A stretch of DNA of 64,000 nt from Sminthopsis crassicaudata (GCF_048593235.1 NC_133620.1:291849765-291913764); one strand, 5' to 3'. Positions 1 through 14,289 are shown, numbered from the stretch's first letter. Notes: generated from the letters alone by a model not told the origin. A program made the numbers and translations.

Positions 1-140
1 TTGCTGCACAAGAAAAATCAGATCAAAAAATTTAAAAAAAAAGAAAGAAAATAAAATTCAATCAAACCATAACAAAAAGAGTGAAATGCCATGTTGTAAT
101 CCACCCTCAGTTCCCACAGTCTTCTCTCTCTGGGTATAGA

Positions 141-480
141 TGGTTATAATCATCCAAGAGCCTTGGGGAGGTCAGGGGGAATTTCTTAATCAAATAAGGG
201 ATAGAGTATTAGGTTCTTACTAAGTGCTAAGTCGGTACTTAACAATTCTCTAGTTCCGGCCTTTAAGGGAAGTTTTACTCCTTTGAACTTCTGGGGAGGA
301 GTTTGCATGTTTAAGAGGAGCAAGTTCATTGGTTGAAGTATTTTTTCCCAAAAGCTCCTAAGTTATTCCACGCCCATTCTCTGGGAGGATAAAAGAAGTG
401 ATATTGAGCAAGGAAAAGAAGTCTACTCTAGGTTAGAGTTGGTGGCAGTGGGAAGTTTCTGGAGACAACAGAACATTACA
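141..480 (-). mobile_element. Solo LTR (340 bp) inserted into an L1 3' fragment
   Basis: TG (141) ... CA (480) termini with a 5-bp target-site duplication ATAGA (136-140 and 481-485). Orientation is inferred. Confidence 0.7.
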
Positions 481-1074
481 ATAGAGGAATCGAAAAGCTT
501 TTGTAGGAACAACATAAATGCAGCTAGGATAAGGACACCATTAAGGAAAGAATGTTAAATATCTCATAAACTCATATCCAAGATAACATATAAGAGATAA
601 CACAAATGCACAAAACTAAAAGCCATTCATACCCTTTTGGTTAAGTGATCAAATGATAAGAACAAGCATATCTTCATCTGCTTTGCTTTTTCCTGGTTTA
701 GGTTTAGGTATAAAAACCATATTTATATGGTAGAAGATCACAAGGGTATCTTTTCTTATTACAAATATGTATTATAATAAATTGTTCTTTGAATGTCTAA
801 TAGAGTTCACTTATGAATCCATTTGCTTCTGGAATTTTTTTTTCTTTAGGAGCCCATTTACAATCTAATTTCTTTTTCTGACACTTAGCTAGTTGGTATT
901 TTATAATTTTGTTAAATATCTTTTTTCTCATAAGTTATCACTTCTGTTAGCATAATAGGAGAGAAAAATGGGTCCTGCTAATTTTCTTTATTATTCTTCA
1001 AATTTAAACATTTTTCCTTTTTAATTTTGGATGGGAATAATTTAGTTTCCCATTCTGTTTTTCTAATTTTTCTT

Positions 1075-1203
1075 TTGGAGAGACAGTTGAGGTAAAGTGA
1101 CTTGCCTAGGGTCATACAGGTAGTCATTGACTGAGGATGCATTTCAACTCAGATCCTTTTGACTGCAGGGTCAGAGTTCTGTCCATTAGCCACCTAGCTG
1201 CCC
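1075..1203 (-). mobile_element. tRNA-derived CORE-type marsupial SINE
   Basis: Reverse complement reads GGGGCAGCTAGGTGGCTAATGGACAGA...GACCCTAGGCAAGTCACTTT, the same family as the other SINE copies in the window. Confidence 0.8.
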
Positions 1204-1743
1204 CTCCATCCTCTTTTTAAAAATTAGGTTAGCTAACTGTTCATAAGTTTTTATTGGTTTAAAAAGCTAATATTTTAAAAAATATATTAATTTAATGACT
1301 TTTTGCTTTCAATTTTATAATTCCTTTAATTTTCAGAATTTCTAATAGATGGGATTTTTGATTTGTTATTCATATTTTTTTAAAGTGGATGCCCAATTCA
1401 TCAATTTTGTTTTTCTGTAAGAATAATTTTGGATATCCTAGAGAATTGGTTTACGGATTGTGTCTTTTAAAAAAAGTTGTATTCATTTCAAACTTAAATA
1501 CATAGACAAAAATTAGAACATTTCCATGTAGATGGCATATACTAAAAAGAGAATTCACTAAAAATTCATAAAACCATGAATTTAAATTGCCTACTATATA
1601 CTTTTAAAAAATAACATAAGTACTACTCATTTTCAAAGCTATTCTGCTTTTTATGCTTCCTTTTACATTCTTTTATTCTCTGCTATGCACTTTTTCTTCC
1701 AACTCCTTCCCTAGAGATGACTACCACTTGACAAAATATATGA

Positions 1744-1746
<3 letters not shown>

Positions 1747-1786
<40 letters not shown>
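1747..1786. repeat. (TG)20 microsatellite
   Basis: Seen directly in the sequence. Confidence 0.95.
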
Positions 1787-1791
<5 letters not shown>

Positions 1792-1792
1792 C

Positions 1793-2572
1793 TGATGAGA
1801 TGAAGTCTAGTTTTCAGGACTCCCCACATAGGAACCAAAAATATGATGAGGTTTAGGTTTTGGGGAACTAAATAATGTCTAGATTTAGGGAATCAAAATG
1901 AGATTAGGGTTTCTGGTGGTCAGGGAGTTAAATGATAAGATCTGGTGGCAGGTTCCGGGTTCAGGGAAGCAAATGGAGAGGTTTGACTTCCCTGTACCCG
2001 CTTTGGATTTGGCACAAGGGTAGGGAGTTTTTGGGAACCCCCTTCTGGTGGCGCAGAGGTTCTCTGTAAAAGAATTTACAGACCTGAAAACCTAGATTGA
2101 TAAAAGATTTATTATAGGGATTGGGAAGTAAAGTTAGAAATCCTGAGAGAGAGGCATAAAGTATTGTTAGGGAAATAGGTGAGGATAAAGAGAGGATAGC
2201 ACTGGAAAAGAATATTATTCCAGTGGGTGGAGGCTTCCTTGGTATAGCATGGCAAGTTAAGAACCTCTGCAAAAAGAGGATTTTAGATTGGCTCTTTTAT
2301 AATGGAAGCTTTGGCTACAAGCAGAAGGGGGCTAGTGGGTGGAGTCCCAAATTAGCTCTGGCTTTCAGCTTGAGCTGGAATTTGAATAGAATTGAATGAG
2401 TTTCTTTAATTGAATAGGGTTGGAATTCTTTTGCTCAGGACTGAACCAATCCCACCTAGATAACAGAAAGAAGCTGTTTATCTTGTTTCTCTTAGCAGGG
2501 TTCCTCAATGAGGCAGAGTCCAAGGAGAATTTTTCCTTCAAGGAGTTTTAGTGTTTCAGGATCCCTTCTTCA
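1793..2572 (-). mobile_element. Solo LTR, related to the copies at 2680 and ~3590
   Basis: TG...CA ends with AAAC on both flanks. Carries the reverse complement of the shared motif ATCTAGGTTTT(C/T)(A/G)GG(C/T)CTGTAAATTC and of the terminal CTCATCA. Confidence 0.65.
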
Positions 2573-2679
2573 AAACAATTCCACACATCTATTTATCAGT
2601 TCCTTCTCTGGAGGCAGATAGCATCTTCATAGGTCAGGTCCTTAGTCACCCAAAGTTGTTCTTAAAACATATTCCTGTA

Positions 2680-3308
2680 TGTTGAGGGCGGTAGCCCCTT
2701 GGTATTCCTTGTTTGATCTACAACTTCCTTTGGGACTTGGACCTTTGATACAAGATCTGGTCAAACTAGTCTGGGCTTGTACCCAGCCCCCCACTGGATC
2801 TGAGCTGGCTTGGATAAAGCGGACAAAAATCTGGCCTTCTAGGAATTAACCTGAGCTCCGCCCATGACTTCTTCAAGCAGATAAAAAGAGCAAAGCTAGA
2901 ATCATCTTTGGTTCAGAGATTTGAAAGATGCCAGCCAAGATGCTTGCATCAGAGATTCTCTGTCCCCGCCGCTTTCGGCGTTTATCTTCCTCTATCTAAT
3001 GCCTTTTACTAACCAGATCTTAACCTTGCTTCCAAACCCTGCAATAAACATCTTTTACCCATCTAGGTTTTCGGGCCTGTAAATTCATTTACAGGGGACT
3101 CTCGCCGCCACTAGACCTGATTTAACTTTGTATCCTTGCGCCGAATCCTAAGGGGGTTGCAGGGGAGCTCCATGTGACTCCCTGTACCCCGAATCCTGCC
3201 ACTAGACCTCACTTAATCCTATTGAGGTATATACCTCATTATTAGGTATTTATCTCATGATTTGGTTCAAGTTACCTCATCATTTTGAGGTTCTCTATTA
3301 CCTCATCA
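2680..3308 (+). mobile_element. Solo LTR (629 bp)
   Basis: TG...CA termini, 5-bp TSD CTGTA (2675-2679, 3309-3313), a TATA-like GATAAAAAG and an AATAAA at ~3043. Confidence 0.8.
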
Positions 3309-3588
3309 CTGTATAGCCTTCTCTTGGTTCTGCTCATTTCCCACTTCACTATTTCAGGCAAGTCTTTCTGTGTTTTTCTAAAAAAAATAAACTTATTTCT
3401 TATAACAAAACAGTATTTCATCACGATTTGTTTAGCCACTCACTAATAGACAGGCAAATTCCAGTTCTTTGCCACCATAAAGAAAGCTGTTATATTTTGG
3501 AATATAGATTCTTTTCCTTTTTCCCTTAATCGTCTAGGGAAGCAGACCTAATAGTGGTATTGCTGAGTCAGTGTATAGACAATATAAT

Positions 3589-4060
3589 TGATGGGGGTTG
3601 AGGTCCCATTAAGATTCCTTCCTAATTGCCCAACCCACGACTGACCTTGATTCACAAATCCTGGTCAAAGGCACCCTTTGAATATCTGGGCCCAGCCCCA
3701 CTATCAGCTCAGCTTCCCCCAGCCCTCACTTGATCTGAGCTAACTGAAAAGCCCACCGAGAACTTAGGGGTACTGCCCATCATCTTCTAGATATAAAAAG
3801 GGCCAAGCCGGAGCCCTCTTGGCAGGAGCCCTCCCAGCCAACACATGGTATCCTTCCAGCCATGTAGGGGTTCCTGCCCACCCAGCGGCCACCTCTGGCC
3901 CTGGAGTCTTTCTAACTGAACTTTATTTCCAAATTCCTACAATAAACCTTTTATTTATCAATCTAGGTTTTTGGGCCTGTAAATTCATTTACAGGCGACA
4001 CTGCACCTCATGGGATCTTTGCACGGAGAAATGGGGTCCCCCCTTTCCTTTCCCTCATGA
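3589..4060 (+). mobile_element. LTR-like element of the same family, interrupting an L1 fragment
   Basis: TATAAAAAG, AATAAA and ATCTAGGTTTTTGGGCCTGTAAATTCATTTACA (~3961-3993), nearly identical to ~3061-3092. No clear TSD, so boundaries are approximate. Confidence 0.55.
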
Positions 4061-6129
4061 TTCCAGATTGCTCCCCAAATGGTTGGATTAGTTCACAGTT
4101 CGAACAATAATTAGTTCCCAATTTTTCCTCATTTCCTCCAACATTTGTTACTTTCCCCTTCTATTATTTTAGCCAATCTGATAAGTATAAAGTGATATCT
4201 TAAGGTTATTTTAATTTGCATTTCTCTAATCAACAGTTCATCAACTCAAAGACTCATTGCTTTTAACTTTAAGGTCTGGGTACTCCTCACATTCTACACC
4301 TAGACACGTGAAATAGACTAAAATCTCAGGTGTAATAATCTCAAGTCATTATTTACATTTAGACCTTATCAGTTCTTTCACTTGGAGATAAATTCTATTA
4401 TATTATTAATGGAAAACAAAGGTGGTCAGACTTCTGGATTGAATCAAGTCAACCCATTTGAGAGAAGAGCTTTTGAGCCAATGCTTAAAATTAGATAATT
4501 ATAGAAAGAAAATATATTGTGTTTGGCATAGAGTGATTTAGAAACACTCCTGGTCCTATAGATATCAAAGTAGGGATTTGAGTAAAAAGGCGATTAAGAT
4601 TCCAGCAGGCTTAGAGGAGGTGGATCCTTTGCCCCTTTACCAGAGGATAACAAAAGGGTAGTGTCATATCTCCCAAAGCATATTGACTATGTCATCAAAG
4701 AGACTGGGCCAGTAATAAACAATGTTTCTAGCCAGTAGATGAGAGAGGACCAACAACTAAACAACACTGAGAAAAGACAGCTTTTGGGGGTGGGGTTAAG
4801 TACAGCTATGGATTCCACAAAGGCACTGACCTTCAGAGTCCTTGTAGAGATCTATACCTTGGAGGGACTTCATGAGGATTCCATGAAGAGAGAAAAGGAT
4901 TTCTAATAATCTGGAGCTGTGAGTTGAACCTTTTTATCATGTGTTCATTACTTGTATAATTTGCTATTGACTTTCGTGGAAGAATTGAGTATCAGCTTTT
5001 TGGGGAGAATTCATTTTCCACAAATTTTTATACCAACTTTCCTTACAATAGCAATTTAGTAAATGCCCTTTTAAAAGCTAATTAAATCTGGCAATAATTG
5101 AGAAGCACAAGAGCCTTATATGCAACAATATTAGAAAACCCCTTTAAGGGTAACAGGTATATCCCTGAGACCCTAAAGGGAGAAATAAAACATTAGTGTG
5201 AGAATTTGGAGAGTGAGTTCATAGAGAGTGCTAGACTTTAATAAAAAAAAAAAAAAAAAAGAACTAAGAAATTTTTGGTTTCATATCTCTGTTCTACTTT
5301 TTAAATGGAAATGAGGTTTTCATTAAGTTTAGATATTAAAAATGAACAAAAAGTTTCTGTATACCAGAAATATTCATAGAAGTCCTTTTGTGGTAGTGAA
5401 GAACTGGAAATAAAGCAAAGACTCATTGATCAGCTATTGCTAGACAAATTGAAGTGCATGGTGCATGAATGTAATGAAATATTATAAGAAATAATGAATA
5501 TGCAGGATTCAGAGAAAGGAAGACTCCTATGAATTGTAAAATTTTCTTCCTAGTAAGATAAGAATTCTAACGGAGATCAGGATTTTAGTGCCTGGGAGGA
5601 TAGTAATAAACTGGATTTGGAATGGGGAAGGTTTGGGATTGACAGAAACAGTGAGAGGGGAGATAAGAGCATCAGAATTGGCAGGACTGAAGGTTGAACA
5701 GGATGGAATGAGTTAGAAATGATTTGAGGGCCCATAGAATGTTTATGGGACCCTGCAAATTGTGACAGGAGATGGAGATGGAAAAAGATTATGAAGGCCT
5801 CTGGGGGAAAAGGAAGTAAGGATCATGCTTAAGTTCCTCTTGAAGGGTTTATTTTTTTTTTCCCAAGTGCAAAATCGGAAGCATTTAAAAAAAAAAAAAC
5901 CCAACACTTTTCTTTTTTGGTCATCGACCTCTTTGACAATACTCAAAATAATATTTTTAAGTGCAGAAAATAAAATACATAATACGAGGGGCAAAGTAGT
6001 TATCAATATATTGAAAAAAAAATACAAGGACTCTCCAGGGACCCATGAACCTTTGTTCCAAATGAACCTATCCCAGGTTGGCTGGATTCATTTTGACCCT
6101 CTCTTTTTGGTTCCTTATCACAGCTGAGT

Positions 6130-6700
6130 GGTTGTTAGGACAAAGCCTCAGAGAACACGTCAGGTAATGGCTGGGGCGGACGCGGGGTAAGTAGGGGGTG
6201 GTGGTAGGAGAGTGGAGGGTTGGAGGGTGGATGAGAGGGAAGGCTACAGTAGTAGGAGATTAGGGTGGGAAGTTTAGAGTTGGAGAGGGACGGGAAGCAG
6301 AATAGAGAACTGCATGCACTGGTGCAAAGAAATAGACACCCGAACCCAGAGATACTGCAGGATGATAGTAGAGAGGAAGATGCAGGTGAGCCAGATTGGT
6401 TAGTGCAGAAAGGATAGGTTAGGAAACGGGGAGACTTAGAATGGCGTAGAAAGAGAATGCACATTGGGGCCCGCGGTGATGTCTGTCTTGTATGCTCTGG
6501 CCACGCCCCTCCTTTGAGGATACGCCCCTCACTCTCCCCTCACCCTCCCGGTCACAGCTGCTTCCGGAATCTGCTGTTAGGCTCCGGCCTCCGGTAGTTG
6601 TCTCCTGTCCGGGGACCCCAAGAGCACTCTGCGCTCGAGGTCTGGACGCCTGAGAAGCTCCCTTGCCCCCCTTTCCGGAAGGAGTTTCGTTTACTGTCAG
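6130..6700 (+). promoter_or_regulatory. Probable C6orf47 promoter / CpG-enriched region
   Basis: Local CpG enrichment, GC boxes (GGGGCGGA ~6173, CCACGCCC ~6501), an inverted CCAAT (ATTGG ~6395) and ETS-type CTTCCGG (~6561), all upstream of the C6orf47 ORF. Confidence 0.55.
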
Positions 6701-7442
6701 TGGACCTTCGGACACACAACAGATCATCTCCTGACCTTGGCTGAAGTCCCGACTCCACTGCCGAACCAAGGATTGGCCTGGACAGATTCTGGGGTTTTAA
6801 GACCTCCCAAATCCAAAGCTTGCAGGGGAAGCTTGAATCCAGAGAAGAGTTTTTCAGGAGGGTGGATCACACCACTCTTCCTATTTTTAGACCTCCCCTC
6901 CAGCAGAGAAAGACATTACAGGGGATACAGCTCTCCTAGATACAGAGGAACCTGTGGATCTTGGAACACTTTGAGGGGCCTCATCTCCTGGGAGCACCAT
7001 CGCCCATTTTCCAGTGCATATTGGGCAGTGGCATTGGTGAGTTGAAAACTGGGGTGCCACTTTATAGGGTCCAGAATGCTAAACACAGCAGGAAGACTTT
7101 TGTGAGAGTGCGAGGTTTTGCTTTACTCAAGGCATTTTTGGAATCTTTGCGGGTTGGTAATGAATTTGGAGGTCTATAGCTTCCCCAGTATCAACCCTGG
7201 AATCTCCCGTGACATTCTTGGGAGTAGGAAATACCCCCTCAGACTCTAAGAAGGAACTAAACTCAATCGAAAATTGGGGAGTCTTTGCACAACTACCAGA
7301 GCCACCAAACAGGAACCCTTCCCTGGAGCTGGAACGAAACCTGGCATCTGGGAAGCCTCTTCCAACCTCCCACCTAAGGGCTAGAGGAACATTTGGAGAT
7401 CCCAGAAGTCTGGGGGCGTTCTCCTTACCCATTACCCAAACT

Positions 7443-8303
7443 ATGTTTCTTCGACGTCTGGGTGGTTGGCTGCCCAGTTCCCTGGGCCACCGAAAAGTAC
7501 CCCTGCCTGAGCCTGATCCTGTGAGAAATGATAGCTCTCCTGAGAAGTCAGGGAGTGACTGGGATAGTGCTCCTGACACTGTGGGAGACCCAGGCCAACC
7601 TAAGGCTAGGGATGCCAGGAGACAAATGAATAGAGGGAATTCCCCTGAATGGAGCAAGGGCTGTCCCAACTATGGAGATCCTGAGAGACTGGGGGACAGA
7701 AGAAACTCCCCCAACCTGAGCATTGATGTGCCCCATTGTGAGCAGTCCAGGTCACTGGAAGCTAAGAGAATGATTTCTGTAAATTCTGAAGACTCAAAGG
7801 GAGAAGTAGCTCTTAAAAACTCCTCTAATTCTGAGGCTCCTATAGAGAAAATAAGGCATGGCCATGGGCTGCTGAGCTGGCTTCAGGGGGAAACAAATAG
7901 AGGGTTGGGGGCCCACCCACAGTACTTGGGGGGTTCTGAGGAATGGCTTCAGATCTCCACCAATCTGACCCTGCACTTGCTGGAACTGCTGGCTTCAGCC
8001 TTGCTGGGGCTATGTTCCAAGCCTTTGCGCCTGGTTCTAGATGCCTTAGGTCTTCGGGGGCCTTTGGGGCTTTGGCTGCATGGACTTCTCTCTTTCCTTG
8101 TTACTCTCCATGGACTTCATATGGCCCTTACTCTGCTCACTGCACACCCCTTCCACTTTGCCTGCCTCTTTGGCCTTCTTCAGGCCCTGGTACTGGTTGT
8201 CAGTCTCCGAGAGGGCACCCAGGTGCCTGAGGAGGAAAAGAAATACAAATGGGAGGGGGGGGAAGGAAGAGATAGGGAGAAGGAAGAAGAGATTAAAGGA
8301 TAG
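7443..8303 (+). CDS. C6orf47: C6orf47 (G4 protein) orthologue, single coding exon, 286 aa from the first in-frame ATG
   Basis: Starts MFLRRLGGWL like the human protein. Contains SGSDWDSAP and the hydrophobic block LQISTNLTLHLLELLASALL...GLWLHGLLSFL...HFACLFGLLQALVLVVSLRE. Syntenic next to APOM. Confidence 0.95.
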   Translation: MFLRRLGGWLPSSLGHRKVPLPEPDPVRNDSSPEKSGSDWDSAPDTVGDPGQPKARDARRQMNRGNSPEWSKGCPNYGDPERLGDRRNSPNLSIDVPHCEQSRSLEAKRMISVNSEDSKGEVALKNSSNSEAPIEKIRHGHGLLSWLQGETNRGLGAHPQYLGGSEEWLQISTNLTLHLLELLASALLGLCSKPLRLVLDALGLRGPLGLWLHGLLSFLVTLHGLHMALTLLTAHPFHFACLFGLLQALVLVVSLREGTQVPEEEKKYKWEGGEGRDREKEEEIKG

Positions 8304-9059
8304 GAGGGACTGTGACCATGATATGGGGTGCTGCCTTAGGGTTGAGGAACACTGGGACTTCAGGTAAAAGTCTCCAAGGTGGTACCATAGAGATCCTCTC
8401 CACCCTGCAACATAGGGGTGTTATCCTCTAATTCACCAGCTATTGTCACTTTTTTCTTTAGTGTTATTTTTTTATATCCCAATGGGAAAAAAAAAGTATC
8501 ACACCTCCTCCTCACCCCATTTGTAATGGAGTAAGGACAACAATAACAGGACAGTGCTCTGGGTCCAAGAAGAGGGCGGGCAAAACGGAGGTGGGGGGTG
8601 GGAGGTGGGAAGAGTGGGGATCTATTGGATACTAGGATTTTAGCCATAAATGCATAAAGGGAAGGGGTGTCAGCAAAAAAAACCTGATGGATCAGAGAAG
8701 CATAGATTGAAGAGAGAAGATGTGCTTGAAACTAGAGATCCAATTAAAATTAAAGGAGAAGCATGATGCTCCAGGAAACTTGGCAGAAAAGCCTTAAGAT
8801 GCCACAACAAAGATCTCTGGAAACACCCTCAGCCACCTTGGATTTTTCATTGTTGCACTGCTCTGATGATCTAAATATACCACTACTGAAAGGGAAGTTA
8901 ACAATGCTTCTGGTGTCCTTCCTATCTACAATGAAGCCAAATTTGGGTTTCTGGAGACAGTGAATTATCTTCAGGGAAGAAAGGGCTGGGGGCTGAAAGG
9001 AGGGTAGGGGAGAGAGAAACTGATGCCTGTAAACTTAGCCCCAGGAAAAGATCAGAAAA

Positions 9060-11072
<2,013 letters not shown>

Positions 11073-11159
11073 CCTTAGAGACTGCAGTGTAAGTGCAAGG
11101 GTGGTAGCAACCTGTAACCACTCTTCTTCCATTGCAGCCTCTGGCCCCCTTTCTTCAAC

Positions 11160-11187
11160 CCTTGACCTCCTGGGCCTAATCAGTAAC
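11160..11187 (-). promoter_or_regulatory. APOM proximal promoter motifs: HNF1-like and nuclear-receptor half-site
   Basis: Minus strand reads GTTACTGATTAG (HNF1-like) then AGGTCAAGG (NR/LRH-1-type), ~90-115 bp upstream of the ATG. HNF1A and nuclear-receptor control of eutherian APOM is established. Confidence 0.5.
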
Positions 11188-11552
11188 TCTAGTCTTGTTT
11201 TCCAAACCAAATATGGGTTCTTGACAATGTTCTAGGTTTTCCTCCCTCTCCTCACTTTATATACCACCAGCATAGCTGGGAGCTTAGACCTGGAGGGAGG
11301 GAAGAAAGGAAGGGTGCAACCTTCTAAGTGGAGGACTATGCCACTCCTGCACTCCCCAATTCACTATCAGTATTGTATACCATGTACATAGCAACATAGA
11401 AGCTCTGAACTCAAATGGCTTTATCTAATTAAGGATGCAAATACTCCAGCAAAACCACTACATTACAAAGTAATTATTAAGTACCTAAGTAACTCATGTA
11501 CCAATACTGTGCTGGTTAACTAAAAAGTTGGCCTAGTTCAAACCCTGCATTT

Positions 11553-11700
11553 TTTTTTTCCCTTTTTCTGAGGCTGGGATTAAGTGACTTGCCCAGGGTC
11601 ACACAGCCAGGAAGTGTCAAGTGTCTGAGACCAGATTTGAACTTGGGTCCTCCTGAATTCAAGGCTGGTGCTCTATCCACTGCGCCACCTAGCTGCCCCC
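11553..11700 (-). mobile_element. Young marsupial SINE with TSD
   Basis: Full SINE body with a poly-T tail. AAACCCTGCATT is duplicated on both flanks (~11540-11551, 11702-11713). Confidence 0.9.
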
Positions 11701-11935
11701 AAAACCCTGCATTCTTAACAAATAAATAAACTGAGGTCCTGAAAGAGGGGGACTGATTAATCCAAGGTCACAGTGCTACAAAGCAGCAGAGTTTGGAGTT
11801 AATCCAAATCTTCTGATTTCAAGTCTAGGACTCTTTCCATTAAAACAAATTATCTTCTTTTTATTTTCATTGAACTGGCAATCCCAGTGTACAAAACATA
11901 TAATTATATAGTACAAAGATCAAAGTGTATTATAA

Positions 11936-12065
11936 GGGCAGCTAGATGGCACAATGGATAGAGCACTAGCCCTGGAGTTGGAAGAACCTGAGTTCAAATT
12001 CAGCCTCAGACACTTAATACTTAGCTGTGTGACCTTGGGCAAGTCACTTAATCCCAAGTGCCTAA
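11936..12065 (+). mobile_element. Marsupial SINE
   Basis: GGGCAGCTAGATGGCACAATGGATAGAGCACTAG...GACCTTGGGCAAGTCACTTAA. Confidence 0.85.
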
Positions 12066-12879
12066 ATAAACAAAACAACACCCCCCCCCCAAAAAAAAGT
12101 GTGTGTGTTTTTTTTAATAATAGTTTTTATTTACCAGATATATGCATGGGTAATTTTACAACATTGACAATTGCCAAACCCCTTGTTCCAAAAAAAGTGT
12201 TGTTTTAAAGATGCAAACACTTCAGTGCAAAACAGGATTAGAGAAAAGTTCAGTTGGGGGAAGAGAAGAAGCAAACAGAGAAGGCTTACCATTACTCAAA
12301 GTTGGCCTTGGAGGATGAATAGGACCAAGAGTTAAGGTGTGGGAAGCAAATAATTCAATTTTGCAGAAACTTAAACGTTCAAAAAAGAAATGCACAGTGT
12401 TAAATGTGTTAAATAACAGTGGGAAGCAAGGATTCAAGAGAGATTTTAGGATAACAAATCATAGGCAAACTTAGAAAATCTCAGAATTGTAACATATAAC
12501 CCACTATACTACTTCCTGCCTGCTTCAATCCACTGGGGTCATATACTTATTTTTTAAAAAAGAATCCACTCTACATCATACCCTACTACTGATCATCTGG
12601 TGTTTGATGGAATTAATTCCAATGAGGGGGAAATCCACCACCTAAAAAGGCAGCAGGAAAAAATCTGGCATATTTATTCATTATTCCAAGTTCTGTCAGC
12701 TGGGGCCAAAAAGAAATGGTATTATTGTAAAAGATGACAGCTCTTCTGATACTTGAAGACACCTCTCTCCTTTAAGCCTTATATTTTTCAGCTAACAAAT
12801 TTATCCCTTCAACCATTTATGTGCGTATATATATGTATATGTATGTGTATCTGTATATATATTAGAACAGTTACATATG

Positions 12880-13110
12880 TATATTAAGCACAGTGAATAG
12901 TGTGCTGGGCCTGGAGTCAGGAGGACACGAGTTCAAATTTGGCTTCAGACATTCACCAGCTGTGTGACCCTAGGCAAGTCACTTACTAAGCAAGTCTGTT
13001 TCCTCATCTGTAAAATAAGCTGGAAAAGGACACAGTAAACCACTCCACCATTCTCTTTGTCAAGAAAACACTAAATGGGTTCACAAAGAGTTGGACAGGA
13101 TTGAACAACA
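12880..13110 (+). mobile_element. Older CORE-SINE (MAR1/MIR-like)
   Basis: CORE body GGAGTCAGGAGGACACGAGTTCAAAT...CCTCATCTGTAAAAT followed by a MAR1-like tail. Confidence 0.7.
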
Positions 13111-14289
13111 AAGGTATATGTGTGTGTATGTGTATATAAAATCCTTTCGAGTCCTTCACTATGCTGGTTGGCTGACTTCCTGTCCTGTCTAAAATGTGGT
13201 ACCTCAAAGAAAACCTAAAACAGATGTGATCTGACCAAACTATTTTCCATATTGTGGACAGCAACCCTCTTTTAATACAGGGCTTGAGTTGAGATCTAAC
13301 TGACTGGATTAAAGTGCAATTAATGAAATCGCAAGGAGTAAATAAATCAAAGGGTGTCATCTACACATTGAGAAAGCTATGTAAAAGCAGAGGGGGATTG
13401 TTAAAGCGTTTTAGTTCTCTGTCATCTAGGTCTTCAAAGTAGCCTTAATGGCCACTTAGTTGGGGATTTCTTAGGGAGAAAGAAGCTTTTGCTTCATTCA
13501 AATATGAGTCACAATATGGTGCCTCAGAAGATCCTTACCATTCTGAAATGAAAACTCCAGGGGGACCTCCAAGGTCATCCCAACCACCTAACAATACCCT
13601 TCTAACTCGTCACCTTCCTCTGCAGGATAATCTATGACTTCCCCTCTCAGATCTTTCTGCCTGCCAGTTACTATCGACACAAGCTTCCCCTCCCCCACAA
13701 GCTTTTAACCAAAAGCAACAAAATGGCAGCAATCTCTGCCTTCAAAAAATAGGGTGGTCTCTTTTCCTCATCCCCATCCCCATTCCCTCAATTTAAGGAG
13801 GTCAGTCTTTTAATAGCGATATCAACGAGTGGTTTAACTACCCTCAAGACAGTGGAGAAGGAAAAAAAAAAAGGTAAACGTGTCTACACATTCATTCCTC
13901 TCCAGAAAAACTAAACTAAGCATTGCCCAAAAGAAATATGGCCGCGGCTCAAGCCTCCGCCCCTCCTCAAAATCTACAAGGGAGGTAGTCCCAACATGTA
14001 TCGCCCGTAACCGCCTAGTTAGAAAGTTACCCTAGAAGGGAAGGGAGTGGGATTACTTTAGGTATTTAAAATATTAACGTCCGACCGAGCTGCCAAGGAC
14101 GAATTTCCTCACGTGTTAAAACAACCCGCCAGCCAAAGGCAACACGTGATCAATTCACTAGTTAACAGGCCTTTTAAGAAGTAGGCAGAAAGCCCCAGAG
14201 GGAAAATTACTTTCTGGAATTTGCTGTAGTCATCCGCAAAGAGACTTCCCCCACCCTCACCCTAACCCTCCTCCTCCTCCTTCTGCTCG

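Noticed and set aside
7148-7175. W..MNLE resembling the GPANK1 C-terminus
   Set aside because: Only four matching residues, inside the C6orf47 leader, with no upstream GPANK1 homology. Coincidence.
7209-7442. ORF-track start of C6orf47 at 7209 (364 aa)
   Set aside because: That codon is GTG in a poor context, and homology begins at ATG 7443. The extension is treated only as a hypothesis, from the better CTG at 7197.
11936-12000. tRNA-like A/B boxes in SINE heads (also 20646, 60924)
   Set aside because: These are tRNA-derived SINE promoters. There is no cloverleaf, so they are not tRNA genes.
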